Below, one piece after another: positions 1 through 12,100 of a stretch of 64,000 nt of DNA. The notes under the pieces are model-generated. The model did not search any database. It had not been told where the DNA came from and was given only the letters and a program-made list of their open reading frames with translations. The stretch is from IMG/VR virus record IMGVR_UViG_3300022925_000005; one strand, 5' to 3'. This DNA is from a virus. Both the position numbers and the translations under genes were made by a program. Position 1 is the first letter of the stretch, and every line of letters starts with the position of its first letter.

Positions 1-2206
1 CAGCATTAGCATCAACTGATGCAGTTACCGAACCACTTACTAATATTTTTGATTCATCAGATACTAACGATGTGATAGATGCCTGCGCATCATCAGAAAG
101 TGCTGAGAATGGTATATCTCTTAATTTTTCACCACTACCACTAAAAGCAGAACCACTTTCTACTCTAACTTCCCCAAAGAAAGTTGAACCACTTTCAACT
201 GAGGTAACAACAAATCCATCATCCGGAGTTACAGATGCGGTTATTGCCCCACTTACAATTAAATTGGATAAAAGTGCATCTTGCGTAAGTGCTGAACGTG
301 GTATATCAAATAGATTAGCTCCACTACCACTAAATGAACCAGTTTGTACCTTTACATCACCAAAGAAAGTTGAACCACTTTCAATTGAAGTTACAACAAA
401 CCCATCATCAGGTGTTACAGACGCTGTTACACTACCACTTACAATAAATGATGATAATAATGCATCAGGGGTTAATGCTGCTCTCGGTATATCAAATAAA
501 TTAGCACCACTACCACTAAATGAACCAGTTTGAAGTTGTATATCTCCAAAGAAGGTTGAACCACTATCAATTGATGTTACTACAAATCCATCTTCGTTTG
601 AAACTGATGCGGTTACATCACCTTCGGTAATTTTAGTTGCCGCAACTACTTCCTCAGCAAGTGCGGATAATGGTATATTAAATAGTTGTTCACCACTACC
701 ACTAATGAAAGAACCAGATGATAAGAAAATCGAACCACTAAAAGTTGAACCACTTTCAACAGAAGTTACTAAGAATCCCCCATCGGGTGTTACGGATGCG
801 GTTACAGCTCCACTTACAATTAAGTTAGATAATTGAGCATCTTGGGTAAGCGCAGAACGAGGAATATTAAATAGTTTTTCACCACTACCAGAGAAGAACG
901 AACCACTACTTAGGAATATACTTCCACTAAAGGTTGAACCACTTTCAACAGAAGTTACTAAGAATCCACCTTCAGGTGTTACAGATGCGGTTACAGCACC
1001 ACTAACAATTAAATTTGAAAGAAGTGCATCCGGTGTTAATGCTGCTCTTGGAATATTGAATAGATTTTCACCACTACCACTAAAAGATGAGCCACTTTTT
1101 ATACTAACACCACCACTTACAAATAATGATGAACTGAATTCAGCTCTATCGGTACCCTCTAATCTAAATCCGAAATTAGGGTCAACCGATGCAGTTACTG
1201 AACCACTTACAATAAATGATGATAATAATGCATCAGGGGTTAATGCTGCTTTTGGAATATCAAATAAGTTGGCACCACTACCACTAAAGGATGAACCACT
1301 ATTGATTTCAATATTTCCACTTACAAATAATGAACCTGTAAATTGTGAACCACTATCTACTGATATTACAATGAATCCATCATTATTATCAACCGATGCG
1401 GTTACATTACCATCAACTATCCTAGTTGATTCAGCAGCGGCAGGTAGATTGAATAATCTACTACCATCTCCTTCGAAAAATGAAGAAGATACATATGAGG
1501 CAGTTACATTATTGGTTGATATATCACCACCAACTTTAAGTGAGCCACTAATATCACCACTACCACTAATAACCAACTCATTACCTATCGATAGGGAACC
1601 ACTAATGGTACCACTACCACTAACTACTAAATCGTTTGATATGGTTGTACTACCCTCAACATCTAATGAACCAGTTATACCAACCGAACCAGTAAATTCT
1701 TGCAAATCACCAGTTGTATTACCAAATCGATTCGAACCAGATGAGAATATAATAGATGAAGATACTATCTCAACTAAAATTTCTCTAGCTACTATTCTAT
1801 TATCTACAAATAAATCACCAGTAACTCTAACATCACCATTGATATCCATATCACCATCAAATGATGATGATACATTTACTAAGAATCCAGTATTTGGTGC
1901 AATCGATGCGGATGCAGAACCACTTATTAATTGGCTTGAGAATGGTAGATTATTTAATTGAGAACCATCTCCGGCAAATGAGCCTGAGAATGAACCACTA
2001 AATTCCTCTAATTGTATTTTTGTGATAAATAAACGATTTCCATCAATATCAGATGCAATAAGTGCAACAGAACCACTTTGGATGCTACCACTTAGTGGAA
2101 CCCCTAAATTGGGTTCTGCTTCCTGTAATGATAAGTACTCATACCTATCATCGGATACATCCTGCGGACGAACTACCCTTACCTTACCGCTTAATAATTG
2201 ACTCAT
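1..2206 (-). CDS. Ser/Gly-rich repeat virion fibre-like protein, 3'-partial (runs off the window; absent from the ORF track)
   Basis: ATG at 2204-2206 reads MSQLLSGKVRVVRPQDVSDDRYEYLSLQEAEPNLGVP... and I read it open to position 1. It carries 62-68 aa repeats of the form SGSGxxLFxIPxxALxxDA..IVSGxVTASVTPxxGFxVTS. Confidence 0.85.
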   Translation of the reverse strand, partial: MSQLLSGKVRVVRPQDVSDDRYEYLSLQEAEPNLGVPLSGSIQSGSVALIASDIDGNRLFITKIQLEEFSGSFSGSFAGDGSQLNNLPFSSQLISGSASASIAPNTGFLVNVSSSFDGDMDINGDVRVTGDLFVDNRIVAREILVEIVSSSIIFSSGSNRFGNTTGDLQEFTGSVGITGSLDVEGSTTISNDLVVSGSGTISGSLSIGNELVISGSGDISGSLKVGGDISTNNVTASYVSSSFFEGDGSRLFNLPAAAESTRIVDGNVTASVDNNDGFIVISVDSGSQFTGSLFVSGNIEINSGSSFSGSGANLFDIPKAALTPDALLSSFIVSGSVTASVDPNFGFRLEGTDRAEFSSSLFVSGGVSIKSGSSFSGSGENLFNIPRAALTPDALLSNLIVSGAVTASVTPEGGFLVTSVESGSTFSGSIFLSSGSFFSGSGEKLFNIPRSALTQDAQLSNLIVSGAVTASVTPDGGFLVTSVESGSTFSGSIFLSSGSFISGSGEQLFNIPLSALAEEVVAATKITEGDVTASVSNEDGFVVTSIDSGSTFFGDIQLQTGSFSGSGANLFDIPRAALTPDALLSSFIVSGSVTASVTPDDGFVVTSIESGSTFFGDVKVQTGSFSGSGANLFDIPRSALTQDALLSNLIVSGAITASVTPDDGFVVTSVESGSTFFGEVRVESGSAFSGSGEKLRDIPFSALSDDAQASITSLVSDESKILVSGSVTASVDANA
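100..1480 (-). repeat. Coding tandem repeat, about 7-8 units of 186-204 bp
   Basis: The anchor (a)ccactacca recurs at about 131, 320, 506, 692, 881, 1070 and 1274. Confidence 0.9.
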
Positions 2207-2228
2207 CTATTATTCTTCAACTTAAATA

Positions 2229-3095
2229 TTACTCATTAGCACTTTCCAAAATAGAAAGTACAACTTTTAAATCCTGCGAACCCGAAAATACTAATGCAAA
2301 ATCTTGCTCTAAAACCAATTTACCAGCAACAACTGGAGATAGTGAATCACCTATTGGTATTGGGTAATTACTAATAAACTCAATTTGTTCTTGTGGTTGT
2401 GTTACCGGGTCGTATATTGTATCTGCGATAATTGTAAGTAAATCGGAAACTAATGTAGCAGAGCCACTTTCAATAACTATATTTGTATCATATGATTGAG
2501 TAAATGTTGTTTGATATAATCTCTCAACATCACCAGAACCAGTAACTGATTGATTTAGTAAAATTTGTTGTGAAAGTATATTTGCATATGTGATAGCATC
2601 ATATGATGATGTTAATTGAGCCTCATCAGTAATTAAACTTACACCATTTTTATCATAGAATGATAATGCAGCTTTTTTAGTTCGTAATGTACCACCATTC
2701 TCTATATCATATAAAATACCATCAAATGCGGTATTTATTCTTTCTTCAAATATTGAAGATGTAAATGAGAATGGAATATCTTGTAAATTGTTTTGAAATC
2801 CAACGTATGCTGCGGCTTCTTTTTCAATATAAGTTCTATTAATTTCCAATAATGCCGAAGCACTATAAAAACTACCAGTATTTACCACATTTTGTAATTG
2901 TGGTTCTGGTATTTCTCTATTTGAATCTAATTTTATAGTTACTTCCTCTGTTTGCGAATTACTATTGTTAGTAATCTGAGCTGATAGAACAATCGTGGAA
3001 ACTCCCGTAGGAGTTGAATATACGATATCATCTTCACCTGTCAGAGTTGTTACTACCGATTTAAACGCATTTAGCGGTACAAATACATCTGCCAT
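2229..3095 (-). CDS. Virion structural protein containing one Cys-less copy of the globin-like repeat
   Basis: 288-aa ORF with its own late motif. The central region (ALLEINRTYIEKEAAAY...LYDIENGG...DAITYANILSQQIL...LVSDLLTIIADTI) aligns by eye to the repeat of the adjacent 4057-aa protein. Confidence 0.75.
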   Translation of the reverse strand: MADVFVPLNAFKSVVTTLTGEDDIVYSTPTGVSTIVLSAQITNNSNSQTEEVTIKLDSNREIPEPQLQNVVNTGSFYSASALLEINRTYIEKEAAAYVGFQNNLQDIPFSFTSSIFEERINTAFDGILYDIENGGTLRTKKAALSFYDKNGVSLITDEAQLTSSYDAITYANILSQQILLNQSVTGSGDVERLYQTTFTQSYDTNIVIESGSATLVSDLLTIIADTIYDPVTQPQEQIEFISNYPIPIGDSLSPVVAGKLVLEQDFALVFSGSQDLKVVLSILESANE

Positions 3096-3136
3096 TTTAT
3101 TGTCTTTTTCCTATATAAATATTACCTTTTTAATTA

Positions 3137-6100
3137 TTACCCTTCCAATGCGAGAGAGAATGGTGTAACTAATGAGAATAATGAACGAGAGAATGTTCTA
3201 CCCTGCAACGTACCAGTTGCCTGATTAATCACAAGTCCCGTACCAATTCTAAAGTCACCAAGTTCGTTACCTGAAGTAAAGAACACTCTACCACCCGCAA
3301 TTTCCGTAATTTCTTTATCAGGGTCAGGTATACCAGCACCACCCTGATTAGGAGGTAATGCTTTATAAGTTACACCAGAACCAGCGTATGAGAAATCATG
3401 TCCAGTTGTAATAATTAATGAACCAAATTCTTCCAATGGTGAGTTTCTCACAATTCGTTGGAATTGGGTTCTTAAATATCTATTAACATCAGCAGTTTCG
3501 TATTGTTGATTGGTAATTACCTCTGCAGCTGAACCATACACACCAGTGTAATATGATTCTGCAGCTGCGATACTTCTTTCATTACCACCATAGTATAAAT
3601 CAGTTGCAATTGCATCTACAATGAATCCAGTATCTCTATAACATTTTTCTTCGTTATATTCAAACCCTGGAAATGCCCCATTAGTGTAAGAAATTGCAAT
3701 TGATTGTAATTCTTTTTTACTAGCTATCAAATAATCAACTGATTCTCTCGTTTGGAATGGTGCTCTAACTAATTGTTCTTTAAGAATTACCTTTTCAGAT
3801 AAACCTTTAGCGAAATCAATACCATCAGTTGTTTGTGGTTTTTGTTCCGTTGTTGCTACTGAAGGAATATAGTAGTAGAATGTTCCCGCTTGTACACTTC
3901 TCTCATTTCCACCATAAACCAAATCGGTTCTAACGGCATCTATGATATATCCTAAATCTCTACTACAACTCGCTTCATTATATTCAAATTCACTCCAAGA
4001 TGAACTTAGGAATGCGATTGTTTCTTTTTGAATAAGTTCTTTATTACCAACCAACAAATCAGCACCTACTAATACGGATGCAGATGGTTGTACAAATGGT
4101 TCGTTTTTAATTACTTTAGTTGATAACTTACCAGCGTATCTAATACCATCAACAGTTGGGTCTAATTGAGCCGTTGTTGAAGGAACACCCTTTTCAGTTG
4201 CCGAAGATGGGAATAAGTAGTAGAACGAACCAGCCGTTACACTTCTTTCATTACCACCATAATACATATCGGTTGCGGCTGCATCAATTAAGTAACCAAC
4301 ATCTCTTTTACATTTATCCTCATTGTAGAATACACCACTCCAAGACGAAGATACATAAGCGATTACCTCATTTTGGATAAACTCTTTATTATCTCTTAAT
4401 AAATTCCAAGAAGATGATACTTCGTTTGATGAAGTTACAAATTCGATGTTCTGAACTAACTTTTGTGAAATACCATTAGCGTATCTAATACCATCAATAG
4501 TAGGATACAATTGTGCGTTCACATTAGGTGATTCGCTTCCAGCAACAGTTGCAGATGATGGGAATTTGTAATAGAATTCACCAGCGGTTCTACTTCTTTC
4601 ATTTCCACCATAAAGTAAATCAGTTGCTACTGCATCTACAATATACCCAGTATCTCTACTACAACTTGCTTCATTGTATTCAAAATTACTCCAAGATGAT
4701 GAAATATATGATATAACTTCATTTTGAATGAATAATCTATTGTTTAGTAAAGTTTCGTTACCAGCAATTCTTTCAACCGATGGTGATACGAATACTTCAT
4801 TCACAATTATCTTTTCTGCCAAATCACCAGCATATTCTATACCAGTTGTAGTTGGTTCCAATTCAGATGTTGTAGCGTTCGATGGATATCTATAATAGAA
4901 ATCACCAGCGGTTACACTTCTTTCATTTCCACCATAAAGGATATCGGTTGCGATAGCATCTACGATATAACCAACATCTCTCTTACAAGTTTCCTCATTG
5001 TATCCAAATGTACTCCAAGAAGAAGATATGTAAGCGATTGATTCTGATTGAATGAACTCTTTGTTATCTCTTAATAAGTTATAAGATGTAACGTTCTCTA
5101 TTGAAGAAGTTACATATGTTACACTTTGTATAATGTTGTTAGCCAATCTACTAGCGTATCTAATTCCATCCAAAGTTTGATTCAACTGAGAACCAGTTGC
5201 ATCTGATGGATATAGGTAGTAAAATTCACCATTAGTTACTGATGCTGATACTGAACCGAATAGTAAATCTTCAGCTGCCCCACTTACTATTAAACCAACA
5301 TCTCTACTACAACTTGCTTCGTTGTATGCAAATCCACTCCAAGAAGAAGAAATATATGCAATTACTTCAGATTGTATAAATGGAATGTTAGATTTTAATA
5401 ATGAATATGCTTCAGAAACCTCAGTATCATTTAAAGATTGAGTATATTCAGAAATAGTTGGTAAAGAACCAATTCCATTAAGTACAATATCCATTACTAT
5501 ACCAAATGAAGAACTTACAGCGTTTAATGTATATTCATCCGATGTACCAACTCCCAATGTTTGAGTTGCTGATGTTACTTTGATGTTGTTTGCTGAGTTT
5601 TCAGTTAGAGTTGGAATAGATAATGTATTCTTTAATACAATTTCTTTCACCAAATCAGATGCGTAAGTAACTGCATCAGTAGTTTCACCCAACTGAACGT
5701 TGGTTGCCTGTGATGGGAATCTATAATAGAACTCACCAGCAGTTAAACTTCTTTGGTTACCACCCCATCTTAAATCAGTTGCCACTGCATCTACTATAAA
5801 TCCAGTATCTCTCTTACAACTAGCTTCGTTGTATTGTAGGTTTGGATATTTTGCGTTTACGAATGCAATAGTTTCGTTTTGGATAAACTCTCTATTCAAT
5901 CTAAGTGCATCGTAAACATATTCAACTTCATTTGATGATGTTACAAATACCGAACCACCAACTAATTTAGTTACCAAACCACTTACATAATTGATTGCAG
6001 TTACGGTTGGGTCTTTTTGTTGAGTTGCTGATGGAACTCCACCTACGATAGCCGAAGATGGGTACTCATAGTAATATCTACCAGCAGTTACACTTCGTTC

Positions 6101-9100
6101 GTTTCCTCCGTAAAGAAGGTCAGTTGCTACCGCATCTACTATGTATCTTACATCTCTACCACAAGTGTTTTGATTGTAATCAAAATCACTCCAAGAAGAT
6201 GATACAAATTGAATAGATTCGGATACAATAAATTCTTTATTTTCAACTAATAAATTGTATGAAGAAGATACTTCAGCAGATGCCGTTACATATTCGTAGT
6301 TTCTTACAATATTTTGTACCAAATTACTTGCGTATCTAATAGCGGTTACAGTCTGGTCTAATTGTGAACCAGTTGCATCCGATGGATACTCAAAGTAGAA
6401 TTTGGTATTTACAATTGATGCAGAATTTGAGTTATTAATTAAATCTTCAGCTGCCCCACTTACTATTAAACCAACATCTCTACTACAACTTGCCTCATTG
6501 TACACAAAATTACTCCAAGAAGAACTCATAAATTGAATAGTTTCTTCTTTGATAAATTCGATGTTTTCTTTTATCAAATTGTAAGCCAATACAGTCTTAG
6601 GTGCATCAACTCTTTCAGTATATTCTATGATAGTTGGTAATGAACCAGTTCCGTTTGTTAAACCATCTATAACTAATCCAAATGAAGATGATACAATCTT
6701 AGATTGAATCTTATCAGCTCCACTTGCTGAAACGTATTGTTCAACTGAACCTACTTTGATTAGGTTATTTATGTTTGTATTGTTTTCAACAATTGTTGGT
6801 AATACGGATAACCCATTTTGAACAATGTTTTCAACAATAGCAACACTACCACTTACCTTTGTAATTTCAGCTGATGTTCCACTAAGTGAAGATGTAAACT
6901 GAGTTAGGTTAGTTACTTTGATTGTATTTTCAGTATTCAATACCAACGTTGGTAGGATATCTATTCCGTTTTCGATAATATCATTTATTTGTAAGAATGA
7001 AGAACTTACGATTGCTAATTCGTTTCCAACTTCATAATCTCCACTAGCAGTAACATATCTACCAGTTGTTAGATTTTGAGGAGTATCTAATTCGGATGTT
7101 TGGAAGTTTTTAGCGATTGCGAATGGAATGTTATCAGAACCTAATCTGATTACATCATTGATTAAATCAATACTAGCAGATACAATTCCAATTTGAGTTC
7201 CTTTATTCTTAGATGAAACCTCTGTCAATCTTTGAGCGTATTCAATTCCAGCTACAGTTTCTTCAATTTGATATCCGGTTGCCTGAGATGGATATAGGTA
7301 ATAGAATCTACCCGCTTCAATACTTCTTTCGTTACCCCCATAGAATAAATCGGTTGCAACTGCATCAATGATATATCCAACATCTCTACTACACTTACTC
7401 TCATTGTATTGGTGAGTTGGGAAAGATGATGATAAGTATGCAATCACTTTAGATTGGATAGTTGATTTATCATCTAAGATTGAATTGTAAGAATTTACAA
7501 CTGATGTTGATGGATTAGAAAGGGTTGTATTTTGAACCACTTTTTGTACCAATCTACCAGCATAATTGATACCATCTAAAGTTTGGATTAGTTCAGAACC
7601 AGTTGCGTTTGATGGATACAAATAATAGTATTCACCCGCCTTATTAGTTCTTTCATTACCACCATAGAGGATATCGGTTCTTACTGCATCGATGATGTAT
7701 CCAACATCTCTCTTACAAGTTGTTTCGTTGTAAGAATGCCCACTCCAAGATGAAGATAGGTATGCTATTGTTTCATTTTGGATAAGTTCAGTATTATCTC
7801 TTAATAAGTCAAATGCTGCAATTCTTGCAGTTGATGGAGATTCGAATACAACATTTTGGATAAGTTTTTGTGCCAATCTACTTGCGTAGAATACTCCATC
7901 CAAAGTTTGATTCAATTGTGCACCTTGAGCTTGCGATGGGAATAAGTAGTAATAGTATCCATTCATTATGGATGCTGAATTACTATTCCAAATTAAATCT
8001 TCAGCTGCTCCACTTACAATCAATGAAACATCTCTACTACAACTTGCTTCGTTGTATGAAGCTGTTGACCAAGATGAAGATAAGTAAGCAATAGTTTCGG
8101 ATTGGATAAATCCAATATTTTGTTTTAATATTTCGTATGCAGCTAATGTGTTAACATCAGTCGATGGAGTTGTGTATTCGATTATAGTTGGTAATGAACC
8201 AGTTCCATTCTGAATAATATCAGTTACAATCGATATTGATTCGGATATTGCAGTTACATCAGATGAGTTACCACCTACACCTCCTATGTATTGAGAAACA
8301 TTTCCAACTTTAATATTTCCAGCGGTGTTGTAAACAATCGTTTCTAATTCATCAACACCACCCTCAACAATTCTTTCAACCAATGCGAATGAAGAACTTA
8401 CTTTGGTAATTTCAGTTGCTCCAGCAGCAGATGCTGATGTGATTTGGGTTGTAGATGTTGCCTTAATATTTCCATTTGTATTTTCAACCAATGTAGGTAT
8501 TACTTCAACACCATTTTGTAAAATATCCAATACAACAGCGTATGATGAACTTACAAGTTGTTCGTTTGCCGATACAGATTCCGTTACTTGGGTTGCATCA
8601 GTTACTTTTGTTAGAGATTCAATATTTTTGAATTCAGTTGGTAATGATACCAGTCCATTCTGAATCGTATCAACTACAACTGAGAATGATGAACTTATAT
8701 CAGTTAAACTACTTCCACTAATTGCAAGTGAACCACTATATTGTTCAGTATCGTTAAATCTAATATTATTATTAGTATTCAATGAAATTGATGGAACTAC
8801 TAATTCAACATTCGTAATTAGTTTGTTTACAATTAATTTGGCGTATTCAATAGCCATTGTAGTTTCAGTCAACTCTAATGAAGTTGTTTTAGATGGATAT
8901 CTATAATAGTAATCCCCAGCTACAATACTTCTTTCATTACCACCCCATAGTAAATCAGTTGCAACAGCATCAATTATATATCCAACATCTCTTCTACACT
9001 TAACTCTATCATAAGTAAAGTATGGATATAATTGGTCTATAAATTCAGTTACGTTATTTTGTATCAACTCCTTATTATCCAACATTGAATTATATGCGGA

Positions 9101-12100
9101 TATCGTTTCCGAATCTGCGTTTACCAACAATGTGCTTTGAATAATCTTATCAGCCAATCCAGCGGCATGTGTAATACCAGTTATTGTTTGGTCTGATTGT
9201 ATCGTTGTTGCCTCAGATGGGAATAGGTAATAGAACTCACCAGCGGTAACACTTCGTTCGTTACCACCATATAAAACATCAGTTGCTACCGCATCTACGA
9301 TATAACCAACATCTCTTCTACACTTAATATCATCGTATTGGAAGTTACTCCAAGAAGAACTCATAAATGAGATTACTTCACTTTGAATTAACTCCCTATT
9401 ATCAACCATTAAACTATGAACAGTCTGTCTTTCAATTGAAGCAGTTACTAAGGTTACATTGTTTATTAATTTGTTTGTCAATCTTTGAGCGTACTTAACA
9501 CCATCAACAGTTGGGTATAATTGTGCATCTACGTTTGGAGATTCACTACCACTTACAGTTGCTGAAGATGGGTATAGATAATAGAACTCACCGGCCTTAC
9601 TACTTCTTTCATTTCCACCATAGTAGAAATCAGTTGTAACTGCATCTAAGATGTATCCTACATCTCTACTACAACTTGCTTCATTGTATTCAAAATTTGA
9701 CCAAGAAGAAGAAATATATGCAATTACTTCATTTTGTACTAAACTTCTATTTTCAGAAATTAGATTAGATACTTCAATCGTTTGTTGAGAAGCCGTTACA
9801 AATACATTATTTTGTAATAACTCAATTGAAAGATTTTTAGCATATCCAACTCCATCTATCGTTGGGTCTAATTGTGATGTTGTTGCTGTTGATGGATATA
9901 GATAATAGAACTCACCGGCTTTATTACTACGTTCGTTTCCACCATACAGTAAATCAGTTGCCACAGCATCTATAATATAACCAACATCCCTTCTACAAGT
10001 TACATCATTATATTCGAACTCACTCCAAGAAGATGAAATGTATTCAGTTACTTCATTTTGTATAAATTCTTTATTATTAAATAATAAATCATATCCATTT
10101 GTTCTACTAAATGGTGCTGCCGCAAATTGATTACCAACTACAATGTTTTCAACCAATCTTCGTGCATAATTGATACCATCCTTTGTTTGGTCTAATTGTG
10201 AGCTTGTAGCTTCAGATGGGTATTGATAATAGAATACACCAGCGTTTAAACTTCTTTCATTTCCACCATATAGTAAATCCGTTGATACGGCATCTATAAT
10301 ATGACCAACATCTCTCTTACAAGTAACTTCGTTATAATCAAATGTACTCCAAGAAGAAGATAAGTAAGAAATAGTTTCCTCTTTTATGAATTCTCTATTA
10401 TTTCTTATTAAATTATATGATGCTGATACTTCAGTTGATGCAGTTACAAACTCAATGTTTTGGATTAAGTTCTGAGTTAATTTACTAGCATATTCAATAC
10501 CATCCAAAGTTTGATTTAGTTGTGAAGTTTCTGCCTCAGATGGATATTCTAAATAGAATTTACCATTTACAATAGATGATGAATAAACACCATATAATAA
10601 ATCTTCAGCTGCCCCACTTACTATTAAACCAACATCCCTACTACAACTAGCTTCATTGTATGAAGCAGTACTCCAAGATGAAGATAGATAAGCTATTGTT
10701 TCATTTTGAATAAATGGTATATTTTCTTTTATAATTTCATACGCTGCAATAGTAGATGGATTCGTTGAAATCGCACCATAATTACTTGCGGTTAAATATG
10801 AACCACTACCATATGATATTATAGAACTTACAATTGAAATTGATGAAGATACAAAACTTATATCTTCTAAACTACCACTCAATGAACCAGTAAATTGTTC
10901 AGCTGAATAGAATTTAATATTTGAATTTGTATTTGAAACTTCGATGGGTAATGAATCTATACCCTTTCCTAATATATCTAATACGATAGCAAATGATGAA
11001 CTTACGTTAACAACTTCAGTATTACTACCACTTAACGAAGAAGTAATTTGTGTTACTGAACTTACTTTGATTAAATCAGTTGTGTTTTCAATTAACGTTG
11101 GAATTGAACCCGTTCCATTTTGTATCACATTCATCACATTATTAAATGATGATGTGATTGTATTAATTATACCATCAGTAGAATCAACCGATGATGTATA
11201 TTGAGTAAGTGATGTTTTTTTAATATTACCACTTGCGTTTTTAGAAATTGTTGGTATAACACCAACACCATTCGATAAGATATCAATCACATTTGAGAAT
11301 GATGAACTTATATCAAATGATTCACTAATCGATGCAGTTACTTCAGATGAATATTGTGAAAGGTCGGTTACCTTAATATTATCAACATTATTTGTAATAA
11401 CCTCAAACGAACCCAATGATGGAACATTAACGTATCTCTGAGTATCCGATAGTGGTAACTCATCTACGATGTTAATTACACCACCTGCATTTATATCATT
11501 ACCATTTACATAAAATAGGGTATCAGGTGCATCAAATGGTACAATAAATGTAATAGTTCCAAATGTAGTACCATTGTTAGTTACCCCACTATTATATCTA
11601 TATTTTGAATCAATACTTCGTTGAGTTGTTATGAAGAATGGTTCAGTTTCGGTAGGGATTGCATTTATATTATTTAATGAGTTTATTGAGAATGTGTATA
11701 AATCACCTCTCTTTAAAGTAAGAGTCGGGTCTTTAACACTATCATCAAATGAACCAGTATTTTCACCCAATATTCTACCATCAACATCATCGAATTTTTG
11801 AAGTTGTGTTTTGTTTATATTAAAACTACCATCTTCTAATGTTACCACCTCAAAGTAAGTAGATGTATCGGATGAACCAACTATACTCAAACTACCACTA
11901 ATACCATATTTTATTATATCAGATACTATTGAGAATGATGATGATACTTTAGATATATTTGAAGAATCTACTGAAATTGATGATGTTATTTGTACACCAT
12001 CTCCAAACAAAATACCTGCTTCAGTATTCTTTACTAAAGTTATATCAGATGGAATTGTAGTACCAATTGTGGTTGTTACTAAATTATCACCATATGAATT

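Noticed and set aside
72-1961. Plus-strand ORFs 72-533 and 1056-1961 with repeated PLPL motifs
   Set aside because: They are antisense shadows of the SGSG-repeat gene on the minus strand.
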